NCBI GenBank assembly: GCA_030141605.1 | Contig: JAQGDQ010000844.1 | Span: 24,431-88,430, forward strand | DNA: 64,000 nt | Reading direction: 5' to 3' | Source: Tubiluchus corallicola | Taxonomy: Eukaryota > Animalia > Priapulida | Part shown: positions 28,101 to 48,824 of the stretch, in pieces | Numbering within the stretch: position 1 is the stretch's first letter | Layout of the letters: every line of letters begins with the position of its first letter | Made by a program: the position numbers and the translations under genes | Notes under the pieces: model-generated | What the model was told of the DNA's origin: nothing | Database searches by the model: none | The model's input: only the letters and a program-made list of their open reading frames with translations

Positions 28101-29877
28101 TCAAGTGAGCAGCGGAGATGCAGCCTTCCATGTAATTTATCAGAGCAAAAGCAAATAACTGATGGTTGTCTGGGGCACTTGTATACCTTATACAAGTCAG
28201 CTGTTTTTCTTTTCTGTTTGAGTGAACATAATTCTGGATGCAAATTAACTGTATATAATATAACGTAGATCCATCTTGAAATTTTTACATTTGATGTCAG
28301 ACTGCAGTAATGGTGAACATTCTAAGCTAGAATAGCTTAATAATGATCACACGATAAGCTTTACAGAAATTACACCAGCTTAGGATCACGGTTAACAAAG
28401 CACCTTTTGCTCTATTCTGTCATCTGATGTACATTCATGCATAATGTTCTTAATTTATATGTTAGGTAGAGATACACATATAGAATGGAGGCAAAATTCT
28501 GCCCAAAATGTTGCAGGCAGAAATTAAACTATATTAGACTGAAGATTCTGGTTCATCTTTTATTGTTCAATTCGTCTTTCGGCTTTTAATTTCACAAATG
28601 TTAACACAAAAAAAACTACGAACAAAAACCGATGAAATTTTAGACTGGTGCAGTAAATGGTTGATGACGCTTAAACACAGTAAATGTGCTTTATTTAGAA
28701 TACGTCCTAAATCTATTACACATTACTTTCTAAATAATGCTTAAATAACTGAAAAAAGTTGTATCAGAGACTTGGGAGTAATGATTTCTAATGACTTCAA
28801 ATGGAATTCCCATGTGAATCATATCATTACTAAAACAAACTGTTGTGTTGATATGATTAAGCAGTGTGTGATATCGAGAAATGCAGCAGTAATTATTCCT
28901 CTCTATAAAGCTGTTGTTCGACCCTTTCTGGAATATGCGTTGATTGTATGGTCACCCCAGTATGCTACTCTCAAGAATGTTCTTGAAAGAACTCAAGATA
29001 GATGTACTCGTCTTGCTATTGATTTGAATCCCGCTTCAATTTCTGCTCTAGAGCAAAGGCGTGAGACTGTAGACTTTGTGAACTGCTGCAAAATAATTAG
29101 TGGAAACACTATCTGACTGAGGCAGCCTTTTTTCCAGGCCTCACAGAGTTCTTCGTGGTCATGAGTCTAAGTTATTTGTGCAACCAGCTAGAACCAACAT
29201 CAGATCATATTTTTTGGGCATCGTACTGTTCAACCGTCGAATCATCTTTCATCATCAACCATCAGTGCTTCATCAGTTGACAGTTTCATATGAAAGAGGA
29301 CCGTTTATAGATAGATACCATCTAGGTCCCTATTTCTTTGGATAAGGTATTCTTGGACAAGATATCGTTTACTTGCCTCAATAGCAAAGCAAACATAATA
29401 GTATTAGTAATAAGTGGTGTAACGGCCAAGAGAGATAGGGTGATCAAAAGACCAAAATGTTATCTAGTCTGCCACCCCTCTACTGAAATGTTAAGAAAGT
29501 AAATTTGTACTGTGAGCTATTTGAAATAATGCTGTTTCTCTTGTAGTTGTACATAAAAGTGTTTCAGAAAGCTTCAGTTCCGAAACATTATCTGTTAATC
29601 TGAAACGTTCCATGTTCCACGTAAGGCATGACCTCGATTCCTCATCACTAATTCCCAATCACTTGCAAGTAATTTAGAACTAAGCTCCTTGGGTTCTTAA
29701 TAGGCCCAAGTTAATCGCTGAAGTTGCATCTACAGGTGAAAACATTCCAAAATAGTAATAATACGAAACAAATGAATCAACTTATCTGTAAAGCATAAGT
29801 AATAATGAATAACTCACCAAAGTTTGCTCAAAACCAAGTTGCTGTTTATCATCACTTTTCTCACTGGTCGCCGCCAT
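2264..29877 (-). CDS. CLCN2: ClC-2-like voltage-gated chloride channel, 5' part (gene continues beyond the left edge)
   Basis: Exons with GT-AG ends and matching phases: 29877-29818 ([20 protein letters not shown]), 10933-10795 ([19 protein letters not shown]...), 9842-9711 ([22 protein letters not shown]), 7812-7684 (...HLVSPQAI), 4548-4415 ([20 protein letters not shown]...LPLGKE), 3669-3592 (GPFVHIAS...GIYE), 2342-2264 ([26 protein letters not shown]). CLC signatures GSGIPE and GKEGP are present, plus the ClC-2-type EQTLMYG N-terminus. Confidence 0.96.
2461..2773 (+). mobile_element. Dispersed ~310-bp repeat abutting (TA)n, copy A (unclassified)
   Basis: Near-identical reverse complement at 15514-15820; both copies end in a TA microsatellite. 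Confidence 0.8.
6169..6577 (+). mobile_element. Short non-autonomous RTE-type retroelement (5'UTR-like body plus RTE-like 3' tail)
   Basis: GC-rich insert flanked by the 13-bp direct repeat acttgtacacact (6156-6168 and 6578-6590). It ends ...cgagacagaaggatgccaacaacaat with a (CAA)n tail resembling RTE-clade 3' ends. Confidence 0.7.
7840..9199. repeat. 75/76-bp minisatellite, about 18 copies, in a CLCN2 intron
   Basis: Unit taactactctgtaccagaaaaggtagtaatctgtataagtacagttaaaggaaaacaatacaagattttagacca. It explains the repetitive ORFs at 7940-9170. Confidence 0.95.
9987..10479. mobile_element. pogo/Tigger-like (Tc1/mariner) MITE
   Basis: TIRs cagtaagctctgcttaactcaaatt / aatttgagttatgcggagtttactg, TA on both flanks, internal repeats of gcctaactcaaa. 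Confidence 0.85.
12123..12488. mobile_element. hAT-like MITE
   Basis: TIRs tagaggtgagcat / atgcccaccccta; 8-bp flanks attggtat / acaggtat (6/8); subterminal ttcgaa repeats. Confidence 0.7.
13545..14060 (+). mobile_element. 5'-truncated LINE 3' end (ORF2 C-terminal Cys motif plus 3' UTR)
   Basis: [22 protein letters not shown]...LLFG...FILCTKRF* followed by a UTR ending aataaattatgtttaaactaact. Confidence 0.7.
15514..15820 (-). mobile_element. Dispersed ~310-bp repeat abutting (TA)n, copy B (inverted relative to 2461-2773)
   Basis: For example gacaggaatgagttgtacgccatactaac is the reverse complement of gttagtatggcgtacaactcattcctgtc near 2600. Confidence 0.8.
17391..17864 (-). CDS. CLCN2: Probable alternative first coding exon (158 aa) of the ClC-2-like channel
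   Basis: ATG at 17864 with an upstream in-frame stop. Open 474 nt ending ...HHSLTL|gtaagt, phase 0, the same phase and the same TL ending as exon 1a (FEQTL|gtgagt), so it can splice to the MYG exon at 10933. Candidate upstream acceptor tttcag| at 17963. Confidence 0.75.
20318..20866. mobile_element. Kolobok-like MITE with TTAA target duplication
   Basis: ttaa|aggaaaaccggatgattgtgtaaac ... gtttaaacaatcgtccggtcttgct|ttaa; the TIRs match at 21/25. Confidence 0.8.
21621..21981 (-). mobile_element. Kolobok-like ~620-bp family, internally deleted copy
   Basis: Both ends match the 26246-26864 copy in reverse orientation; about 260 bp is missing near 21768. Confidence 0.8.
22822..22960. repeat. 67-bp tandem duplication
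   Basis: aatatcacaaacaatagctaggtaa(a/g)catagaaggtacagcacaaaaa(c/g)agttgcacaaaagcacag occurs twice. Confidence 0.9.
24158..24440. repeat. GC-rich short-unit tandem repeat (gggtctcaacc / gggactcaacc)
   Basis: About 20 alternating 11-14-bp units; explains ORF 24100-24474. Confidence 0.9.
26246..26864 (+). mobile_element. Kolobok-like ~620-bp non-autonomous element, full copy
   Basis: ttaa|agcaaaactgg ... cctgtcttcct|ttaa, imperfect TIR. Homologous to 21621-21981, 36834-37270 and 57841-58461. Confidence 0.85.
27040..27233 (+). mobile_element. Degenerate HINE/DINE-1-like (Helentron-derived) end
   Basis: ...aaactttagtgaaatttattcaaaagtt...cagacaaacaagtaaacaaac...gcacaggtaat layout (core, microsatellite-like tract, terminal GGTAAT). 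Recognised by eye only. Confidence 0.4.
28630..29320 (+). mobile_element. CR1/L2-like LINE reverse-transcriptase C-terminal fragment, decayed
   Basis: [57 protein letters not shown]; contains stops and frameshifts; tail atagatagata. Confidence 0.85.
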
Positions 29878-29990
29878 CTCTGCCCCGCGGAAGGAAAGGC
29901 GGAAACACAGATAGTTCTGCTGACTTCCGCTTAGTGAAATTTCGGTGTAACAGATTTTCCTACTTCTTAAAATAAACAAAACTTGTTAGC
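29870..29990. promoter_or_regulatory. Compact bidirectional promoter between CLCN2-like and aldolase genes
   Basis: Divergent ATGs at 29877 and 29991. ETS/GABP-like GGCGGAAAC and GACTTCCGC in opposite orientations; YY1-like AGATGGCGG overlapping the channel start codon. Confidence 0.7.
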
Positions 29991-40186
<10,196 letters not shown>

Positions 40187-43100
40187 AAAGCTTGTTTAGC
40201 AATGGTGTCATATGTGCGCGTATCTGTCTTGTACTGCATGTTGGTAACAAAACGTTTGTTGAACTCGTATAATGCTGATTGAATTGAGTGGCATAAATTA
40301 GTTTGCTTAATCTGGTGGCATTTTCCATTATTTGTTACTGTATTTTGAATTTTACATGGGATTTCGTTCAATGGAAAATGCTTTGATTAGTATAAGTTGT
40401 TTGCTATTGCAGTCTATAGGGCTGTTCTTGTTGAAAAAATTGAGGAATTAAGTTATCAGGTGAAACAGTTGCCCTCAACGAAACAAATCGCAGTTAAGGT
40501 ACAAAGGTAGAGGATATTTTCAACCAATTTAGGAAAATAATGCATGTATTGTTAGTCCCATAAACTTTAATGGAACTTCAGTCTATTGTTTAGCTTAACA
40601 ATTAATCTTTCATCCTGTTGAATGCAAACAGTAACCGCTTTCTTCGAGAGTCAGATGTGTGAAGAAAAACATATTTTAGCAAACACAAGTGGATTGAACT
40701 GGAAAATCCCGAGCTTAGAACTGGAGACCTTGGTTAATCTTTTTTTCACACTATTCATTCTTTGAGTTTTACATCTTACATGATTAGAAAACATGTATCT
40801 TACACTTACAAGAAAAGGGTTATGTAGACTGTACAAACTGCATGAGTTGTTAATGTGGTATTCAGACCAGAATACAAAATGAAGTTGTAGGCCATAAATT
40901 TCCTTAAGCATCTCATACATGTTTTGAAAATTGAGATAATTATAACGCTGCTGCTGCAAAACAAAAAGACCCATAGTTCACAGTTATAAGTTATGATTGT
41001 GCTGAAGTGTAATTTCACCAGGCTGTCCAGATCAGTTGTGCTATGCTAATAATGCACAGCACATGTTTTCTGTGTAACGTATTTCCATGAAGCAAGTATT
41101 GTTTCCGGGGTGAGTATATATGGCTAGGATTGTGCAGCAGTGAGAAATTTACGAAGTTTGACTTCTGCGGTAATGATATTTTAATGTACGTCGTTCTCAA
41201 AAAAATGTACGCGTAAAATTGACAATTGCTTTCTTTTAAGGACTCTAGTTGTTTTTCATCATGCTGGCACTATTTCGAGGTAATAAACAATTTTAAAGTT
41301 AATTGCAATCAAAACACATACATGCCATTAATATATTTCAAATAAATGAATTTAAACAATTAAATTTTTGTATTTTTACTATACTATAGCTATAGGGTGT
41401 CATATATTCCATTTCTTATATCATTAGTGAGAGAATTTTTTAGGAAAATAGCTGGTCAATTATCATTAGTTTCATTAGTTTTGGCATTGTCATTCTTGAC
41501 ATTAATATTCACCCAAACTAAAGAGAAATTTAGCAGTAAAGTAGGTGGTTAAAGAAACCTGTGGTAAAACCCAGTGATTCCTTCATGGAAACATGTAATT
41601 ATGTCATGGCTAAGTTTATCATCGAAGTATAAGAAATAACACCACTATTTTCGATAGTGAAATTGTTTGCAGTTTGTTAGTGCTGTTTTATGTCAGTTGG
41701 TCAGTCAGTGTATGACATGTTGGATGACTTGGAGTAATTGTCACTATGTGAATATGTGTTGTATATAATTTTATCAGCCTAATTAACATGAGGTGCATAA
41801 TTAAAGTTATATAAGTATAGTATCTGTGTTATGATGATACATAGTTATTATGAACATAGGGTGTTGAATTTCAAAAGCTGTTATCTTAGTTACAGCAAGT
41901 AGTGTTTTGTTAATATTGTTGTACTGTTAGCTCCTTCAATCTGCCACTCTAAAATTGTGAACTTGATGTAAATGGGTGGCTTGTAAAAGAATAATACTTT
42001 TGTGATGCTTATAGTACGCGTGGAGGTGTGGGTGATTTGCAGTATAATTCTGAACCGCCACATTTATTGAAGATCTTGTATTTCTTGTTTTGCTCCTTTG
42101 TGGAAATTCTTAATGCTCATTTGTGCAAACTTTTAGTTTTTGTTATGTAAATATATGATCATTGCATTATTCTTACAGGTCAAAGGTTAAAACGGGTATC
42201 GAATTATAATATTTAAGCTTGTTTATTTACAGAATATTTTATGAAACTACACTGTCGTATAGGTGAATAACACTTCTTTACATGGTTTAATAAAAAGAAT
42301 GTTACATCTCTTTAACAGTGGATCAAACTTATTCTATGTCTATATCTATATCAATACCTATAGATACTGGTACTTTGAGTAGTTTTCACTTCAGTCTAAA
42401 TGTTGTTTTAACTTTAGTAAATCTACTAGTGTGAAACTAAAGAAAACTAGTACAGTCTAACGAATCTATTATATTTAACGAGTTATAACATGCTTTTGGC
42501 ATTATTGTTTGTCAAGTATATAGTTGTGATGTGATTGACGGCTGGCACTCAGTTTAGAAGACGAGATATTAAGCTAATCAAAACACCTAACAACATTCAA
42601 GTGTATGTCATTTTAAGTAACATTTAAAAGAGAAATTTCTCCTGCACTTTGGTACGAAATCGATAGCTATTAAAGCAAAATTATGATGTCGTCAAAATAG
42701 CAAGAACCGCAGCCAGAATTTGTGGGTGTGTTGCCTGACTATAGTTTGCCTCGCCTTTTTCAAGACCGATACAAATTACATATTCAAAGTGCTTACATGT
42801 AAAAGTAAATTAATACATAACAAATAGCACTATCATAATACTAATAATAAATTTAAACAAGATACAGATTGTTGCAAACTCCTACCATTAACATCCAATA
42901 ATATACCTCGCCATAGATCTGTTTCTGTTACAGTCCATAGTTCAAAAGCTTCGTCATCTAACGGCTAATAAGTAAACACACACTTTATCTTATTTACATA
43001 TAGAGCATTGACAAGTCACTTTTATTTTCTGGTTAACGACACAATGCATTCAACTGAGTTGGTATTTACATTTACATAGGCAAAAATATCCTGAAACGAT

Positions 43101-44650
43101 TTACAATTTCAAGACAAAATCTTCAGGCAAACTGACACGATACATGATAATTAATTCGTAAAAACTTGGCATTCACTGCATAACAAAGTAGAAATGTAAA
43201 AAAAATCTTTATAGTTTTATGGGTGCCAAGGGGGCGTTACTTTTCTTTTTTCTGCTGGGAAGAAACAAATAAAAGTCAAAGTACATTCCTAATGGCTATA
43301 ATGCAGTGTATCGTTGAAGTATGTCACATTAAATGCCGGCTACAATAAACTTTCCGCTACAAAGATTTCCAGGAAACAGTAGTCTTATTATATCGCTCAG
43401 ATGCAAGTTTAGGTATGTGATTGGTTCTGGCTTGGTGTTATGCTTGGCTGATCTGAACAAACCTCTGACATTTCAACAAAGGACAGGCTCTCCCTAGTGG
43501 GTTAGCATCTGTATTCCTACTGCAGGGATAGTGTTAATTGGGTAATTTTCTTAAGAAGTGTTTCAGTGAGAACTGTTTTTGTCACATTAGGTGCAAACTC
43601 AGAGGCTCATCCATGATAAATATTGAAGGTAATCAATGAACACAAGGATCACTGCTCTTAAATTGTGTCAAGATGCCCTAATAAACATAGACCAAAATAC
43701 ACAGTACAGCTGACACTGATATTATCTTAATACAATAACAGTCAACTTCGGCAAAGTCATGCTAATTCTGTAGTGGTGCTCGCAGTGCTAGACCATGGCC
43801 ACATGAAAACAAACCAAAGTGCAAGGTTTTCTGTGACAAGCAAACAGAACTAAATTATGAAATGTGAGCCATCTGGTGGGGTGAGTGTCATCAAACTACA
43901 AAAGGCATCGTCTTTAACATCAAACTTCGTGAATAGCTCTAAAGAAAACTCAACGTTGCACCTCAGGCCCAAAATTTATCTGGGACTGTTTTAGTTCTTG
44001 ACGCTCACGACCTACAGAGATATTGTCTCGAACATGCAGCAAGTATATTAAATGCTAGGGTAACTAGTTGTAAGAAGCTCACAGAAATTACATACATAAT
44101 GTATTTACAACAGTAACAAAGAAAAATACTGTTCAAGTATGCAGCAATGTTTGACGTTTAACTGGTTATAAAATTCGAAGAAAGTATGGTTCCTAAACTA
44201 ATCAGACCCGATTTATAGTTCGTATTTTTTCTACCAATATCCATGTTGACACATAATATTACTAGATATTGAAATAATATGTAATAGACAAATGTAAACG
44301 GAGACCACTATTGAAATGACGTGTGTTTGAAACAACAAATTGTTATTACTGCGCATCGTACATTATCATATGTTGTTGAAAAGCAATCAGACATGTCAAC
44401 ATGGGCAAAAGCAGAAAAAGTATTAACCAGGGGTAACACTTCCACTTGATGTGTTAGAGTATGCATTTGCTGCAAGCTCAACAAACATGTTTTAACACTG
44501 CTCCACACAGATGTATATCTCAGCAAATGTGGTCAGTGTTATGCCTCTTGCATGCAAAATAGCAGTAACTCTGCAGTACCAGCACAGTCTAACACTGTAG
44601 AATTGTCTGAAGCTGCTTCGTGCGCATGTAGTAATTGCGAGTGAAAAAAT

Positions 44651-47600
44651 TTAAGTAGGTTGCGTTTTAACTTTTAGATCAGGCAGACCAGGAAATACTG
44701 GAGGCAGTCCAAGGAATGATGGTGGAGAACAAGGACTTGTAGGCACCGGTGAGGACTCAGATGGTAGCATAGATATCGTAGAAAGCTGCTTTTCTATGCG
44801 AAGTTTGGGTCCCATTTTGCGATTAATTGCTCTTTTCAGATTTGCAGATGTTTCTGGAGATCCTGGCATATTTGATATCTTGAGGCTTGCTAAGCTCGTA
44901 AGCAACCAGTTAAACAAATCACGGTAGTGCTCACGTGTCTGCCGTGAAAGGATAAAGGCGCAGAATAAGAACGTCCCTTGGAGAGAGTTGAAGAGTATGA
45001 ACAACAAATTGAACAGTATCCATAATGGTGCAACTTTTCCAAAGACGGTGGCAGCAGCAAAGCCAAAAATCCATGTAAAGCCCATGAAGGTTGACATACG
45101 TATGTAGACTCTGACGTCTCGCCGTCCAACGTTAGGTAGGTGTTCATCCGACTTACGCAGCTTCTTTGCCATTCTCAGAGAAGCACGAATGTTTCTGATG
45201 GTACATACAAAAAAATAAAAATTAGAGAAGAGAATTAAGAGAATCGGGACACCAAAAAAGATGATGGAAGCGATGGTGTCTGTTATCCAGCAAGTCTGAT
45301 ACATGGCATAGCCTGGAGAGAAAGTAATAGACTCTATTAGCTCTAGTGAAAGAGCTGTTAAAACTATCATGGCAGGCAGGGAATACGCGTATAACGCATA
45401 TTTGTGAAAACATTCGGAAATGTCACGTACTCGGCTAATAGCCGGTTCAAATGTCTTGAAGAGATCATACGCCATGACGTTCATCCACATAAATGAAGCC
45501 AGGAAGAAATAGTGTAAAATCAAAGCAGTGGCGATGCAGTAAGCATGAGAAAATTTCTCCTGGACAAACACCAAGAAGAAGAACTCCGCTATAAATAGGC
45601 AGCCAGCAAGATTCATAAGGCAAAGTTTTGGAAGATTCCGAAGCTGGGGAAAGATAATATAGGTGAGAAATGTGATAAGCAAAGCTAGGAGAGATATGGA
45701 TAGCAGAACTACGCTCAGAATACTTTCAATGTATGCCCAAGTTTCGTAATTCGGATGCCAAAGTGATGGATCTAACGGTTCGTATGGGTTACAAATAAAT
45801 ACAGTTCCATTTGAGCTAAACTCGTATTCGTCAATTGTATACTGTGACTCTTGAAATACAAGGCTTCTGTTTAACAAAATTTCATATTCGTGAGGTTCGA
45901 TGAGAATCCTCATACATGGTGTGCTTATCTTTGGATGTCTGTCGCATACCCAAATGCTTCCATCTATGTCAGTGGAAGTATTATCAGTCTTGCTCCCTTC
46001 GATCTTGATGTCTGTTACATATTGACCCGTCATGTATGCAATGCCCGTGTCAAGAGCGGTGATGTAATATCCCTGATAGTGATCTGTTTCATTTAGTATT
46101 GGTACTACGCTGACCATGTCAAGTGGATACCATTTCTCTACTCCAAAGCACCAACTCGTCTCATTGGTCGGATTTGTGCTGTCGAATTCCACGGAGAATG
46201 TTCTGATGTTGAATTCGTCGCTAAACTCCCAATACTGCTGAATGATCTCTACCCACATACGAAGCACAATTTCTATAGCCTTCATGGAGACAATAAGGAG
46301 AAGTTCCGTGACCAAGGTGAATGTGACCTCGACCAGTGACTCATCGGTGCCTTCTAGTGGTCTTAGCACCACATCTGCCAACTGCATCACACAAAAATGA
46401 AAATAAGAATATACTCTTAAAATGATTGATGCTCCTACTGTAGTGAAATACTTGCATAGCATGGTGGATTAGAAGTCCAAAATGAATTAACATATAACTA
46501 GTTAAAATGATATTCCATTTATCTATTCCTGATGATGGTGGCAAACCGCTGTGAATATCGTACCTTATAAAAAGTACCTATGAACTAATTAAGTCTCAGA
46601 GTGAACTTACGATAACGTGACTGCTTTCATCATGTTCATCTATCAGCTCGTGTAGAATCTGTTTAAGCATCATTGTCCTGTTTGCCACATCTTTGTCTCC
46701 AGCCTCATCCTTCACTTCTACAATCAGTTTTATGCTGAGCTAAAAATTGAATTATTTAAAATTAGTGTTACTGATACCTCTCAAGCAGTATAGATGAACA
46801 AATCAAATGACATTATGAAATTAATGTTTGTTGACACCTGATGAAAGTATTTTTGTGAAAATGCTTTTCCTATGTGTGCAGACAATCAAAGTTTCAATGT
46901 TGATGAAGGCATCGTTGACTAATTAAGCATACCTTGCATTCAATCTTCCAGGGTTTTTCTGTAGTCGTTGTTACACTACCTACACACTCCCAATTCTCAA
47001 TTGAAAATCCTTCTTCACAGTATACCTATCGGAGAGAAATTGTGTTGTAATATTTCTGTATTGAATATTTTCAGTACAGTTTCTGTTTGTTTTTTTCTTA
47101 AATGGCAGTCGTTTTGCAAATGTACACGTTGCGAGTTATACATACTTTCTCAAGAAGTGAAATGCAGGCAGTTTAATAAATCACCAGGTAAACAGAAGAG
47201 GCAGAGTAAGAATTTAAAAGAAAATCCTAGTACTATTTTATTGCTGTACGAACTGCCGTGTGAAAACTATAAGGCATTAATGGCTTGAGCAGCACTGCTT
47301 ACCTCACGACATTTTTCGGCATATGTGTCGTAAATATGACCATCAGGACAGCGATGTTGACTCGTAAGCCAGTTTTGTGTGTAATAGTAAAAGTCGTCCT
47401 CATCAATGCCAAAGTTTAATAGAACGGATAGACTTGGTGGGAGTGCGTATGTCACCGATATTACCCGTCCTGGTAACTCCAACATGAACTGAAAAATGAT
47501 ATGGAATGTATACCACAATCTTTAATCCGTACAAGACCAGACATGATGTTCTTTAAAACAATCATGCGCTTGAAGTACAAGATTACAACAGACATACCAA

Positions 47601-48824
47601 TGACCTTGCTCCAAAAGTGATCAGATCAAGATTCAGGAATTTTCATTGTAATCAAAACAGGTACAGTAACCTATACTTACTTCGCCAGAAATTGTACCGT
47701 TTTGACTAATCCACTGTGGGCATTCCATATTTTGCAAACCAACAGTGTTGCACAGTGCACAGTATGTGTTTTTATAAAATGTTCCAGACTTTTTATCCCT
47801 GACTGTTGCTTCGTAGTTTCGGCACTGGCTGACCACAGAATTATCTGACTGGTTGACGTAGCATGCATCCACAACTGGAGTACAAGGACGCAGAGGTAGT
47901 CCCGCATCTGGTTCTTGGTATATGGGAAGGCAATGTTTACCTGTAATTATAAGATAACAAAACAATCAAAAGATGTTAAACAAGCCATTGGCTATTTTAA
48001 TTGAAAAGAATCGACGTAATAGATGAAGAGATATGCTTACCAAAGTCTATATTATGTGATTCCGTGCTAATTGTCAAGATTGGCATCCCACAACTAAACG
48101 TTGTGGTCCAAAAGGTCACTTCTTCGACACCGTTGCACTGAGCACAGTAAACATTACGATAGGTTAGCAAGTCTTTTCCCGTTACAGGAAGACTAGATAT
48201 AACTTCCGCTGGAAAGACTACTTCGCATTTACGGGCAATAGAATCCGTTTCATTGCTGCTTTCATTCGCTGGACAAGAACCAATCATATGAACATACTTT
48301 AGTGGATGCGGAGGAAGGTGGACGCACTCCATTCTCTCCGGTTTTCCAGTCTCCTGAAAGCCATCCAGAAGTGAAGACGAGTATTTGCAATGCTGATTGT
48401 AATCTTTGCAACAGTCTCCATAGAGGTCACACAATGGATCACAGTGACAGCTAAATCGATCAAGATCTGCATCCTCATCAGAGACCTTGAGAACGCATCG
48501 GTTTTTACATGAGATATGCCTTGCACACACGACTTCTTCATCTGTATCATTACCTGTAGTACTGCTCAATGGAGAAAAATAGTTTTTAAACGATCTACGA
48601 TAATCTTCATGTGCAACTTGAATCCAAGTGTCTTGGGCAATGTCGTGTGACACCACGTCGACGTTTTGATTGATCATGGCACTAAACGGAAATGGTTGAT
48701 TGGCAACAAACTGTCCAGATCGTAATCCGGTGGTCACGTCCGCATCTGCACCGATCCGGTGGCTACGACAGGCCGAGATGTAGAACATCAACGTGTACAT
48801 GGATAAGAAGCTGACTGCCTTCAT
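44651..48824 (-). CDS. Methuselah-like / family-2 (7tm_2) GPCR with N-terminal somatomedin-B domain and Cys-rich repeats, 6 exons, about 1060 aa
   Basis: Exons 48824(or 48869)-48041, 47940-47681, 47488-47303, 47025-46933, 46739-46611 and 46381-44651 join in frame. Signal-peptide-like MKAVSFLSMYTLMFYISACRS; SMB pattern SCKNRC..CHCDPLCDLYGDCCKDY; two Y(R/K)N.YCA.CN repeats. TM motifs LRNLP, HYFFLASFMWMNVMAYD, CWI, MGFTWIFGF, NSLQG. Confidence 0.9.
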
